DNA of 64,000 nucleotides from Polaromonas sp. (GCF_016185115.1 NZ_JACPOF010000029.1:62530-126529); one strand, 5' to 3'. Positions 35,846 through 44,680 are shown, counted from the stretch's first letter. The notes: generated by a model from the sequence alone, not told the origin. Translations and numbers: made by a program.

Positions 35846-36490
35846 ATGACTCATACACAGACCGCGCGGCTTCTCACGTCCTTCATTCGGTATGCCGATG
35901 AAAAGGGTTCCATTGACAAACATAACGAGGAGTTCTTCGGAGAGATTGGCGCGCTGTACTCGAACGGGAATCAACTCAGCGAACATCTGTACGAATTGAG
36001 CGCGGCAGGCGTTGTGTACTATGAAGAAATTGGAGAAGACGGCTTCGCCCCGATCATCATGGCGGGCTGCACAAAGCAGACAGCAGCGCATCTTGCTAGT
36101 CTTCTCAAAGAGATCGATGCAGATGTAGAAGGTCTGCGACGGCGTATCAACGAAATACTGACTTTTGATCCCGATCGCCTGAAGTCAGAAATCAGCGTCG
36201 CAGAAGAGAAGCTTGGTGCTGCCCGCAGGGCCGCGGAGGAGAACGAGTTGCTCAGACCTCTTCTTCGGCAAATAACTGAGATAGAGAAGTATTTCCACGG
36301 CGTCTCCGCAGTGGCTGACAAATACGAAGATGTGTACAAAAACATCATCCGGCCGGTTCAACTTGAAGGAAAGTCAGGTGTCGAGGCTACCGTACGCTGG
36401 GCCATCATCAGTATCGTTGCATCGACAGCCATCTCAGTCGTGTTGGGAAATTGGAAGGAGCTTGCGCAGCTGTTTAGGAGCCTGATATGA
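35846..36490 (+). CDS. cassette 3: hypothetical protein, winged-helix-like N-terminus, coiled coil, C-terminal TM anchor (214 aa)
   Basis: Residues about 90-170 are heptad-like and charged. Residues about 184-202 (WAIISIVASTAISVVLGNW) are hydrophobic. No family recognised. No clear Shine-Dalgarno sequence. Confidence 0.65.
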   Translation: MTHTQTARLLTSFIRYADEKGSIDKHNEEFFGEIGALYSNGNQLSEHLYELSAAGVVYYEEIGEDGFAPIIMAGCTKQTAAHLASLLKEIDADVEGLRRRINEILTFDPDRLKSEISVAEEKLGAARRAAEENELLRPLLRQITEIEKYFHGVSAVADKYEDVYKNIIRPVQLEGKSGVEATVRWAIISIVASTAISVVLGNWKELAQLFRSLI

Positions 36491-36513
36491 GGGGAAAGGA
36501 TGAAAGTGCGACA

Positions 36514-36592
36514 GCGGTCTAACAGGTCGTTCGACGCGGACACGCAGCGGCGCAATGGCACTGCGCGCCGGGCAGTTCCAAGGTTAAGCCCC
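36514..36592 (+). repeat. attC-like site 3: GTCTAAC ... GTTAAGC
   Basis: The 5' arm GCGGTCTAACAGGTCGTTCGACGCGGACAC matches the site 2 5' arm at 28/35 positions. The 3' end is GTTAAGC. 73 bp. Arm pairing is weaker than in site 2. Confidence 0.5.
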
Positions 36593-36669
36593 CATTTGCC
36601 TTCCGAAGCGAATCATTTACCTCCCTTCCGGCTTCAGCACTGTGAAGCCTTACTACCAGACGGCGCAGC

Positions 36670-37452
36670 TCAGTTCGCAATCGTTTCCTGATAGGCCGCT
36701 TCAATCCGCGCAGCCGCATCCCGCAATATCGGCAAATAACGTCGTGTAGCCTCATCGAACTTGATGGCCGAATCTATCCAGATGATGTTGATGCAGCCCA
36801 GCACGTGGGCTCCATTCATGATGGGCACGGCGATGCTGGATGTTTTGGCCATGAACTCGCGCTGGCGCGTGCCGTAGCCGCGCCGCCTTGTGGCCGCCAG
36901 TGTGCGCCGAACGGCTTCAGGGTCCTGCATCTTGTCCTGGTCAGGCCCGGGCACCGAGCTGATACGTTCAAGAATGGCCTTGCGCTCCGGCAGCGGTGAG
37001 AAGGCCAGGTAAGTCCAGCCTATCGCTGTACTCAACATCGGCAGGTGCCGCCCCACCCACGAACGTTCTATGGAAAGCGGGCTGCGGAAATGGGTGGTTG
37101 AACGTATCACCATGCCATCGTCTTCATAGGTGGCGACATCTGTGGGCCAGACCACCTCATTGACCAGTTCACCCAGCACCACATCGGCGATTTGGGTGAT
37201 CCAGTCGTCATCCTTGTAACCACCGGACAGGCTTTTGACCTTCAGCGTGAGGCGGTAGGCATCGCGCAAACCGCTGCGCTGCAAAAAACCTTCTGTGCGC
37301 AGCGTCTCCAGCAGGCGGTGCACGGTCGGCCGCGGCAGGCCGGTGTGCGCAGCCACCTCGACCGTCGTTGCATGCTGCAGTGCATTCACGGCGCGCAACA
37401 CAGCGAGGCCGCGTTCCAGCCCGCGCACCGAGTGATAGGTGGATGTCGTCAT
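36670..37452 (-). CDS. IclR-family transcriptional regulator
   Basis: N-terminal wHTH (LERGLAVLRAVNALQHATTVEVAAHTGLPRPTVHRLLETL) and an IclR effector domain. Confidence 0.9.
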   Translation of the reverse strand: MTTSTYHSVRGLERGLAVLRAVNALQHATTVEVAAHTGLPRPTVHRLLETLRTEGFLQRSGLRDAYRLTLKVKSLSGGYKDDDWITQIADVVLGELVNEVVWPTDVATYEDDGMVIRSTTHFRSPLSIERSWVGRHLPMLSTAIGWTYLAFSPLPERKAILERISSVPGPDQDKMQDPEAVRRTLAATRRRGYGTRQREFMAKTSSIAVPIMNGAHVLGCINIIWIDSAIKFDEATRRYLPILRDAAARIEAAYQETIAN

Positions 37453-37472
37453 ATCGGGAAAACCATGAGTGA

Positions 37473-37493
37473 AATGTTCAGCCAGTGGACATT
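37473..37493. promoter_or_regulatory. imperfect palindrome AATGTTCA-N5-TGGACATT, candidate IclR operator
   Basis: 7 of 8 positions are symmetric. Lies in the divergent IclR / VOC intergenic region. Confidence 0.3.
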
Positions 37494-37581
37494 GAGCTTA
37501 AATCAATTGCGCCGCCCTGGTGCAGACCCTATTCTCCAAAGCAGGCGCCCACGAAGGCGCAGCAAAAAAAGGAGACATGAC

Positions 37582-38118
37582 ATGACACGACCGCCGGACG
37601 CACAACTCACGCACATCGGCCTGTTTGTGCGCGACCTCGACGCCATGGTGGCGTTTTACGGCAAGCTGCTCGGCCTGGTGGTGACCGACAGCGGTGACTT
37701 CCATGGCAAGCGCATCGCCTTCATGAGCCGCAATGCCAATGAGCACCACCAGCTGGTGATGGTCAGCGGCCGGCCCGAAGACGAGTACTCGCCTGTCAAC
37801 CAGATGTCGTTCCGCGTGAAGACGCTCGAAGACCTGCAGCACTTTCACCGCGAAGTCGCTTCACTGGGCCTGCGCGACCTCAAACCCTCCAACCACGGCA
37901 ATGCCTGGAGCATTTATTTCCTCGACCCGGAAGGCAACCGCATCGAGATCTATGCCGGTTCGCCCTGGTATGTGAACCAGCCCTACCAGCAACCCGTGGA
38001 CCTCAGTGCCCCGGCTGACGAGATACGCGCCAGCACCCACGCCATGGTCAGCAAGGACCCCAGCTTTCTGCCGCATGAGACCTGGCAGCAGGGCCTGATG
38101 GAACGCCTGGCTGCATGA
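37582..38118 (+). CDS. VOC-family extradiol-dioxygenase-like protein
   Basis: LTHIGLFVRDLDAMVAFY...HHQLVM...NHGNAWSIYFLDPEGNRIEIY. GGAGA Shine-Dalgarno sequence before ATG 37582. The ORF-track start at 37192 overlaps the IclR gene and was rejected. Confidence 0.8.
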   Translation: MTRPPDAQLTHIGLFVRDLDAMVAFYGKLLGLVVTDSGDFHGKRIAFMSRNANEHHQLVMVSGRPEDEYSPVNQMSFRVKTLEDLQHFHREVASLGLRDLKPSNHGNAWSIYFLDPEGNRIEIYAGSPWYVNQPYQQPVDLSAPADEIRASTHAMVSKDPSFLPHETWQQGLMERLAA

Positions 38119-38146
38119 GCCCGAACACTTTTAAACGGAGACAACA

Positions 38147-39070
38147 ATGAGCACAGTGATGAATGCCGAAGCGGCGCACCCCGCCACTTCAGCACGCCCA
38201 GCCCCCTTCCGCAGCGTCTGGTCCGAGCTGCGCGAAACATCTTTCCGCCAGGGCTGGATAGATGCAGGCGGCATACGCACCCGCTACATCCAGGCAGGCC
38301 CTGAAAACGCCCCGCCGCTGCTGATGATCCACGGCACAGGCGGCAGCTGGGAATGCTTTTGCGCCAACATTGCTGCGTTTTCAAAAGACTACAACTGCTA
38401 TGCCTTCGACACCGTGGGCACGGGCTTCAGCGACAAGCCCGATGTGGACTACGAAATCCCGCTGTATGTCGAGCACACCGCAAACTTCATGAAGGCCGTG
38501 GGCATCAGCAAGGCGTCCATCATCGGTGTCTCGCTGGGGGCCTGGATCGCCGTGCGTTTTGCGCTCACCCATCCTGACAAGGTGCAAAGCCTGGTGCTGG
38601 TGTCAGCTACCGGCCTGCTGACAGATGCCAAAACCTCGTCGGACATCAAGGGCGCGCGCTTCAATGCCGTCGACAACCCCAGTTGGGAAAACGTCAGCGC
38701 CGTCTTCAAGGGCCTGATTCTTGAAGAGCAGAACCGCATTCCTGACTTTGTCAGCGTACGGCAAGCCGTCTACAAACAGCCCGGCATGCGCCGCGCGATG
38801 GAGCACATCCTCTGCCTGCAGGAGCCCGGCATACGCGCGCGCAACATGATCCCGGAGAGTGAATGGCGCACGGTGCAGGCGCCGACGCTGCTGATAGGCG
38901 CTGTAGACCATCAGGACATTTTTCTTGAGACCGCGAAACAGGTGGCCAAACTCATACCGAATGCCGAGTACGTCGAGATACACCGCAGCTCTCACTGGTC
39001 GCAGTTCGAGGCCCCCGAAGAGTTCAACCGCGCCGGGATTGATTTTTTGAAGCGTACAGTTACCCGCTGA
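38147..39070 (+). CDS. alpha/beta hydrolase, meta-cleavage-product (C-C bond) hydrolase-like
   Basis: HGTGGSWE and GVSLGAW nucleophile elbow, with HWSQFE near the C-terminus, typical of the BphD/MhpC type. Confidence 0.82.
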   Translation: MSTVMNAEAAHPATSARPAPFRSVWSELRETSFRQGWIDAGGIRTRYIQAGPENAPPLLMIHGTGGSWECFCANIAAFSKDYNCYAFDTVGTGFSDKPDVDYEIPLYVEHTANFMKAVGISKASIIGVSLGAWIAVRFALTHPDKVQSLVLVSATGLLTDAKTSSDIKGARFNAVDNPSWENVSAVFKGLILEEQNRIPDFVSVRQAVYKQPGMRRAMEHILCLQEPGIRARNMIPESEWRTVQAPTLLIGAVDHQDIFLETAKQVAKLIPNAEYVEIHRSSHWSQFEAPEEFNRAGIDFLKRTVTR

Positions 39071-39134
39071 CAACCTGGTTCAGCTTTGCAGACGCCTGCC
39101 AGAGGCGCGCCACAACAACGAAGGAGACAAGACA

Positions 39135-40139
39135 ATGAGCATTCACACCCGCAGGCGTTTCACCACCCTTGCATCAAGGGCTATCACGGCATGTGTGGCA
39201 TTCGCAGGGCTCTCAGGCCTCAGCATGCCCGCCCATGCACAGGACTACCCCAACAAGCCGGTGAAGTTCATCGTCGGCTTCACGCCCGGCGGCAGCGCCG
39301 ACATCATCAGCCGCTTCATGGCGCAAAAACTCGGCGAGCGCCTGGGCCAGACCTTTGTGGTGGAACAGCGCCTGGGCGCCGGCGGCATCATTGCGCAGTC
39401 TGCCGTGGCCAAGGCGCCGCCTGACGGCTACACCATGGTGCTGCTGACCGGAGGACACCCCACATCGGCCGCGATGAAAAAGACGCTGCCCTACCACCCC
39501 GTCAATGACTTCGGCATGGTCTCGACCATCATCGAATACCCCATGGCCATAGGCGTCAAGCCCGATTCGCCCATCAAGTCTTTCGCCGACCTGATCGCAC
39601 GTGCGAAGGCCGAGCAGGGCAAGCTCAGCATGTCGTCTGCAGGCGTGGGCACCCTGCACCACCTGATGGGCGAGTGGATCAAGATCGAATCCGGCGCAGA
39701 GATGATCCACGTGCCGTTTGCGGGCGCAGCACCCGCCTACACCGAACTGCTGGGTGGCCGTATCGACGTGATGATAGAAACCATGACCTTCATGAGCACC
39801 AACTTCAAGAACGGACAGATACGCCCGCTGGCCGTGTCATCGTCGAAGCGCCTGAAGGACTTCCCGAATGTGCAGACCATGTCTGAAACCCTGCCCGGTG
39901 TTGAAACGACTTCATGGCTGGGCCTGGTGGTGGCGCCCGGCACGCCCGCGCCCATCATTGAGCGCCTGAACCGTGAGATGCGCGCCATCCTGGCAGAGCC
40001 GGCAACAGCCGAAAAATTTGCACAACTCGGTGGCGTTCCCGCGCCTTCCAGCCCGGAAGAAATGCGCACCCGCATCCAGCGTGAGGTGGAACGCTGGAAC
40101 CGCGTGGTCAACCTGCGCAAGATAGAGCGCCAGGATTGA
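39135..40139 (+). CDS. Bug-family (TctC-like) substrate-binding protein
   Basis: Signal peptide ..MPAHAQDYPNKPVKFIVGFTPGGSAD. Confidence 0.9.
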   Translation: MSIHTRRRFTTLASRAITACVAFAGLSGLSMPAHAQDYPNKPVKFIVGFTPGGSADIISRFMAQKLGERLGQTFVVEQRLGAGGIIAQSAVAKAPPDGYTMVLLTGGHPTSAAMKKTLPYHPVNDFGMVSTIIEYPMAIGVKPDSPIKSFADLIARAKAEQGKLSMSSAGVGTLHHLMGEWIKIESGAEMIHVPFAGAAPAYTELLGGRIDVMIETMTFMSTNFKNGQIRPLAVSSSKRLKDFPNVQTMSETLPGVETTSWLGLVVAPGTPAPIIERLNREMRAILAEPATAEKFAQLGGVPAPSSPEEMRTRIQREVERWNRVVNLRKIERQD

Positions 40140-40182
40140 TACCCGGCCATACAACAAAACACAACAGGCAAAAGAGACAAGC

Positions 40183-41637
40183 ATGACCATCTTTCAATCT
40201 TCCCGCCGTGACTTCCTGGGCCGCGCCGGCCAGCTCGGCGCCGTGACTTCCCTTGGCTTCGTGGCGCAGGCCGGCCTGCTGTCGAACGCCATGGCTGCGG
40301 ACAAACCGCTGCGGCCAGACGTTCGCAGCGTGACTGGCCCGCTGCCCAGGCGCGGCGAGTACCTGATACGCGGCGCCTATGTGCTGACCATGGACAAGGC
40401 CGGTGACATGCCCGACGCCGACGTACACGTCAAAAACGGCGAGATCATCGCCGTCGGCAAGGGCTTGCGCGCACCCGGTGCCGAGACCATAGACGCACGC
40501 GGCATGCTGGTCATGCCCGGGATGGTCGAGACCCACTGGCACATGTGGAACACCTTGCTGCGCAGCATGTCGGGCGACATTCAGGCAAAGGGCTACTTCC
40601 CACTGTCTGAAGCGCTTGGCAAGGTCTTCACACCCGGCGACATGTACCTGGGTGCCATGCTCTCTTCCGCCGAGGCCATCAACTCCGGCATCACCACGGT
40701 GCATGACTGGTGCCACAACACCAACTCGCCGGCCCACGTCGACCAGGACATCCTGGCCCTGCAGAACTCCGGTATACGCGCACGCTTCAGCTACGGTTAC
40801 CCACAGGGCCTAGCGCGCGACAAATCGGTGGACCTGCAGGACCTCTCGCGCGTCAAACAGCAATGGTTTACCGGCAACGATGGCCTGCTGACCATGGGTT
40901 ACGCCGCACGCGGCACGCGTTACCCCGGCGCCTACCCCAGCGAATGGGAGGCAGTGCGCAGGATGGGCCTGCCGATCTCCGTGCATGCCAACATCACAAA
41001 AAAATTCGGCAACGAGACAGAGATCGAGACCTTCTACAAGGACGGCTTTCTCGGCCCCGACGTGCAGGTCATACACGCCCTCACCGCACCGCCTGCTGCC
41101 ATCGAGGCCATGGCCAAAACCGGCACCTCGGTCAGCCTCAGCCCCTACACAGAGATGCGCATAGGCTTCGGCTTCCCGCAGACCGGTGCATTCCTGGCTG
41201 GCGGCGTGCTGGTCACGTTGTCTGTCGATACGGCGGCGCTGTCCGGCAATGCCGACATGTTCGGCGTGATGAAGGCCACGCTGAACGTCGAGAACGGCCG
41301 CGCCGAAAGCGAGTTCAAACTGACCGCGCGCAAGGTGCTGGAGATGGCCACCATAGACGGCGCCAAAGGCATGGGCATCGCCGACAAGGTGGGCTCCATC
41401 GTCGCGGGCAAGCGGGCCGACATCATCATGGTGCGCACTGGCGACATCAACATCGGCCCCATGACCGATGCCGCGCATCTGCTGGTCGAGGCCGCGCAAC
41501 CGTCAAACGTTGACCTGGTCATGGTCGATGGACGCATCCTCAAGCGCAAAGGCAAACTGACCGCCATACGCCCCGACCAGGTGGTGCGCGAGTCGGCCGT
41601 CGCACTGGCGGGTGTCCGCAAGCGCGCCAACTGGTAA
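40183..41637 (+). CDS. amidohydrolase-superfamily protein with Tat signal (aminohydrolase / chlorohydrolase-like)
   Basis: The N-terminal SRRDFLGRAG is a twin-arginine motif. The metal ligands are ETHWHMW. 484 aa. Confidence 0.82.
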   Translation: MTIFQSSRRDFLGRAGQLGAVTSLGFVAQAGLLSNAMAADKPLRPDVRSVTGPLPRRGEYLIRGAYVLTMDKAGDMPDADVHVKNGEIIAVGKGLRAPGAETIDARGMLVMPGMVETHWHMWNTLLRSMSGDIQAKGYFPLSEALGKVFTPGDMYLGAMLSSAEAINSGITTVHDWCHNTNSPAHVDQDILALQNSGIRARFSYGYPQGLARDKSVDLQDLSRVKQQWFTGNDGLLTMGYAARGTRYPGAYPSEWEAVRRMGLPISVHANITKKFGNETEIETFYKDGFLGPDVQVIHALTAPPAAIEAMAKTGTSVSLSPYTEMRIGFGFPQTGAFLAGGVLVTLSVDTAALSGNADMFGVMKATLNVENGRAESEFKLTARKVLEMATIDGAKGMGIADKVGSIVAGKRADIIMVRTGDINIGPMTDAAHLLVEAAQPSNVDLVMVDGRILKRKGKLTAIRPDQVVRESAVALAGVRKRANW

Positions 41638-41658
41638 ACACAGCGTCCCCGGGGTTTC

Positions 41659-41695
41659 AAAACCCTGCTTCAGGAGAACCCGCAAGCAGGGTTTT
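41659..41695 (+). terminator. hairpin terminator after the amidohydrolase gene
   Basis: AAAACCCTGCTT-13 nt loop-AAGCAGGGTTTT, a 12-bp stem ending in a T-run. Confidence 0.5.
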
Positions 41696-41782
41696 GCCAT
41701 TGAAGGGCTGGTGTTATAACCAAGACCCCTCAAAGGCGGGCGCACGGCGCCCCCATATCCAAAATATCAAGGAACTCCGAAC

Positions 41783-42493
41783 ATGGGCGCGCAGTGGAAA
41801 GCAAAAGGCAAGGAACTTGCCGCAAATGCAAAAGGCAAGGTCTTCGGCAAGCTGGCCAAGGAAATCATGGTCGCGGCCCGCAGCGGGGCTGACCCTGCCT
41901 CCAACGCCAAACTGCGGCTGGTGGTCGAGCAGGCCCGTAAGGTGTCCATGCCCAAGGACACCCTTGAGCGTGCCATCAAGAAAGGCGCAGGCCTGACCGG
42001 TGAATCCGTCAATTTCGAGCACGTGATATACGAGGGCTTTGCGCCGCACCGCGTGCCGGTGATGGTCGAATGCCTGACCGACAACCTCAACCGCACCGCG
42101 CCCGAGATGCGCGTGCTGTTCCGCAAGGGCCAGCTGGGTACATCGGGCTCGGTGTCATGGGACTTTGACCATGTGGGCATGATTGAAGCCGAGCCGATTG
42201 AAAAAGGCGCTGATCCCGAACTGGCCGCCATTGAAGCCGGTGCGCAGGACTTCGAGGCTGGCGAAGAAGGCGTCACCATGTTCCTGACCGATGCAACCGA
42301 CCTCGACATCGTCAGCCGCGCCCTGCCCGCGCAAGGTTTCACCGTGCTGTCGGCCAAACTCGGCTACAAGGCGAAGAACCCGATTGACCCTTCAACACTG
42401 AGCGCCGCAGAGCTCGAAGAAGTCGAAGCCTTCCTGGCCGCGATTGATTCGAACGACGATGTGCAGAATATTTTTGCGGGGCTTGGAGGCTGA
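41783..42493 (+). CDS. YebC/PmpR-family DNA-binding transcriptional regulator
   Basis: [28 protein letters not shown]... is a characteristic YebC N-terminus. 236 aa. Confidence 0.9.
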   Translation: MGAQWKAKGKELAANAKGKVFGKLAKEIMVAARSGADPASNAKLRLVVEQARKVSMPKDTLERAIKKGAGLTGESVNFEHVIYEGFAPHRVPVMVECLTDNLNRTAPEMRVLFRKGQLGTSGSVSWDFDHVGMIEAEPIEKGADPELAAIEAGAQDFEAGEEGVTMFLTDATDLDIVSRALPAQGFTVLSAKLGYKAKNPIDPSTLSAAELEEVEAFLAAIDSNDDVQNIFAGLGG

Positions 42494-42674
42494 GGCTGCT
42501 GGTTGTACACCTCTGTCATTGCGGACGCTGTCCGCAATCCATGACCCCAGTCCGTTGATCGCGGCGCAAGTGAAGTCATGGATCCCGGATCAAGTCCGGG
42601 ATGACAACCTTGAAGCGCAGACAGCCCTGCGGCTCACTTCCTGCTTCCATTCCCGCACCGACTGAATCTCCTGC

Positions 42675-43868
42675 ATGAATCCGCCAAGCCATTCGTCCGC
42701 CCCCGAACCCTCACCCGCAAAAAGACTGCTGCCCCTCGCCGCCATCGTGCTCTTCGGCTTTCTCGCCGTCGGCCTGCCGCTGGCCGCGTTGCCCCTCTAT
42801 CTGCATGGCGTGCTGGGTTTTGACACCGTCACCGTCGGCTGGGTGGTCGGCATACAGTCACTCGCCACCGTGCTGACGCGGCAATTCGCCGGCAACTACT
42901 GCGACCGGCATGGCTCGAAGGCCTCTGCACTGGCCGGCCTGCCGCTGGCGGCGCTGGCAGGCCTCATCTATCTGGCGTCAACCTTCCTGCCCGCAGGCAA
43001 CGCCGCGCTGGGCGTGCTGGTCATCGGGCGCCTGCTCATGGGCCTGGCCGAGAGCCTCTTCCTGACCGGCACCATGACCTGGGGCATTGGCCGTATCGGC
43101 CCCGCACGCACAGGCATGGTCATGGCGTGGCAGGGCATCGCCATGTTCGCGGCCTTCGGCATCGGGTCCCCCAGCGGCATTGCCGTCATGCAGCAATGGG
43201 GCTTTACCGGTGTGTCGATTGCCACAATCGTGCTGCCGCTCATCGGTCTGTGCATCGCGCTCGCGCTGCCCGACACGGCCAAATTTGTCGGTGGCCGGGT
43301 GCGTCAATCGATGCTCAGCGTGATCGGCCTGGTATGGCGTCCCGGCCTGGCGATGGCCCTGGGCACGGTTCCGTTTTCAGTCATCACCACCTTTGTCGTG
43401 CTGTACTACGGCGACAAGGGCTGGGCCGGCGCAGGTGCATCGGTCGCCAGCTTCACGGCCGGCTACATCGCCATACGCCTGTTCTGGGCGCACCTACCCG
43501 ACAGGCTGGGCGGCCGCAAGGTGGGCATCATTTCAGTCCTGATACAGATTGCCGGCCTGCTCTTGCTCTGGTGGGCGCCCTCGCCCCTGTTTGCGCTGGC
43601 AGGCTGCGTGCTCACCGGCATGGGCCTGTCACTGGTCTTCCCCGCCATGGGCGTGGAAGCCATGCGCCACGTCCCACCCGAAAGGCGCGGCCTGGCCGTC
43701 GGCTGCTTCGTCGCGTTCATCGATCTCAGCACCGCCATCGCTGGCCCCCTCATGGGCGCGGTGATCGGCCTGGCAGGCTACCCCGCCGTGTTTCTCTGCT
43801 CGGCGGCGCTGTGCGTAGCGGCGCTCGGGCTGATGGGCTGGGGCTTGGGTGCGCGGCGGGTGGCCTGA
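42675..43868 (+). CDS. MFS transporter
   Basis: 397 aa with about 12 hydrophobic segments and the loop motif G.YCDRHGSK between TM2 and TM3. Confidence 0.85.
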   Translation: MNPPSHSSAPEPSPAKRLLPLAAIVLFGFLAVGLPLAALPLYLHGVLGFDTVTVGWVVGIQSLATVLTRQFAGNYCDRHGSKASALAGLPLAALAGLIYLASTFLPAGNAALGVLVIGRLLMGLAESLFLTGTMTWGIGRIGPARTGMVMAWQGIAMFAAFGIGSPSGIAVMQQWGFTGVSIATIVLPLIGLCIALALPDTAKFVGGRVRQSMLSVIGLVWRPGLAMALGTVPFSVITTFVVLYYGDKGWAGAGASVASFTAGYIAIRLFWAHLPDRLGGRKVGIISVLIQIAGLLLLWWAPSPLFALAGCVLTGMGLSLVFPAMGVEAMRHVPPERRGLAVGCFVAFIDLSTAIAGPLMGAVIGLAGYPAVFLCSAALCVAALGLMGWGLGARRVA

Positions 43869-43967
43869 TCCCGTGCTGCGCGCTGGTTCCGGCACTTCGG
43901 CCTGCAAGGGTATTTAAATCACTGCCAGCCGGCTTAAACGGGTACCCTTGGGCACACGCAGGACTAC

Positions 43968-44216
43968 ATGCCCCACAACACCACCCAAACCCAACACCTT
44001 ATTGCCCAGACTGCGGAAGAAGTCCTGAACGATGAGGCTTACCGGCTTTACGCACACCTGATTGCAGCCATCACAGCCTTCCAGCTCGGCAAATGTGACG
44101 CACCAGCTGATGAAGAATTTGCCCTGTGGCGGGCAGCCCAGCAAAAGCGGCTGGACACCACCATCAAGCCCATAGATACATTCCTGCCGCGGCCGGACCG
44201 GCGCCCGGCCGGTTAA
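43968..44216 (+). CDS. hypothetical small protein (82 aa)
   Basis: An ORF with plausible helical composition. No Shine-Dalgarno sequence or family recognised. Confidence 0.3.
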   Translation: MPHNTTQTQHLIAQTAEEVLNDEAYRLYAHLIAAITAFQLGKCDAPADEEFALWRAAQQKRLDTTIKPIDTFLPRPDRRPAG

Positions 44217-44273
44217 GAGCAGCAGCACCCTCCCGGCACACCGGCCCCCCACCTGGCCAGATGGAGCAATTTT

Positions 44274-44458
44274 CGCGTACACGGCAAATTTTTAATGTAT
44301 GCGTTAAAAATTGGGTAAAAGTTAATATGGAAGTTAACTTTTGGGCTTGTAGCCGGGTTGGGCAGCCCAAAATGCCTCAAAAACCCCATTTTTTAGTGCC
44401 AAATCGGGCTGCAGGCCAATAGATACGCACGTGAGAAGCTATGAAAAACATAGCAATC
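44274..44458 (+). repeat. full copy A of the about 190 bp AT-rich structured intergenic repeat
   Basis: Contains the shared blocks GCAAATTTTTAATGTA, TTAACTTTTGG, ATACGCACGTGA and AGCTAT-N8-ATAGCA. Lies between convergent small ORFs. Confidence 0.8.
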
Positions 44459-44488
44459 GCAGGATCGGCGGGCAAGGCAGCGCCCGTG

Positions 44489-44680
44489 TCACTGGAGCCG
44501 CTTCAGGGTTTTGGCAGCTGCGCTGGCCATATCGAGCTCATGAAGCTCTGACAACTGGGCGGTGATGGCTTCGCGCGCCAGCATTTCCTTATTCACGGCG
44601 TGATTGAGTCGCAGCGCGACCCATGCCAGGACGACCACCACCAGTGCGAAGGCACACCACAGAAAATTTATCAGGCCCAT
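44489..44680 (-). CDS. hypothetical small membrane-anchored protein (63 aa)
   Basis: N-terminal hydrophobic helix (INFLWCAFALVVVVLAWVAL) followed by an amphipathic helix. Confidence 0.35.
   Translation of the reverse strand: MGLINFLWCAFALVVVVLAWVALRLNHAVNKEMLAREAITAQLSELHELDMASAAAKTLKRLQ

Larger units (their letters stand above)
34796..36592 (+). mobile_element. integron-type gene-cassette array without integrase (three cassettes, CALIN-like)
   Basis: AT-richer island. Three + strand ORFs are each followed by an attC-like element that starts RYYYAAC-like and ends GTTRRRY. Stop codons lie inside the inverse core site. No intI is present in the window. Confidence 0.65.

Noticed and set aside
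35151-36592. The attC-like repeats as a CRISPR array.
   Set aside because: There are only three repeats. They are 73-93 bp long, internally palindromic, divergent in sequence, and separated by 420-770 bp protein-coding spacers. That is not CRISPR geometry.
44126-44422. ORFs running through the AT-rich repeats (44126-44422, 44164-44370, 54128-54346, 59729-59944 and 59885-60073), as possible small conserved proteins.
   Set aside because: The copies differ by indels that shift or stop the frame. For example, copy B hits TAA in the frame that is open in copy C. The conservation is therefore at the nucleotide and structure level, not at the protein level.
44274-44458. The roughly 190 bp repeats as MITEs.
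   Set aside because: I could not find convincing terminal inverted repeats. There is only a weak CGTATAC / GTATCT resemblance between the ends, and no flanking target-site duplications. A decayed MITE cannot be excluded without genome-wide copies.
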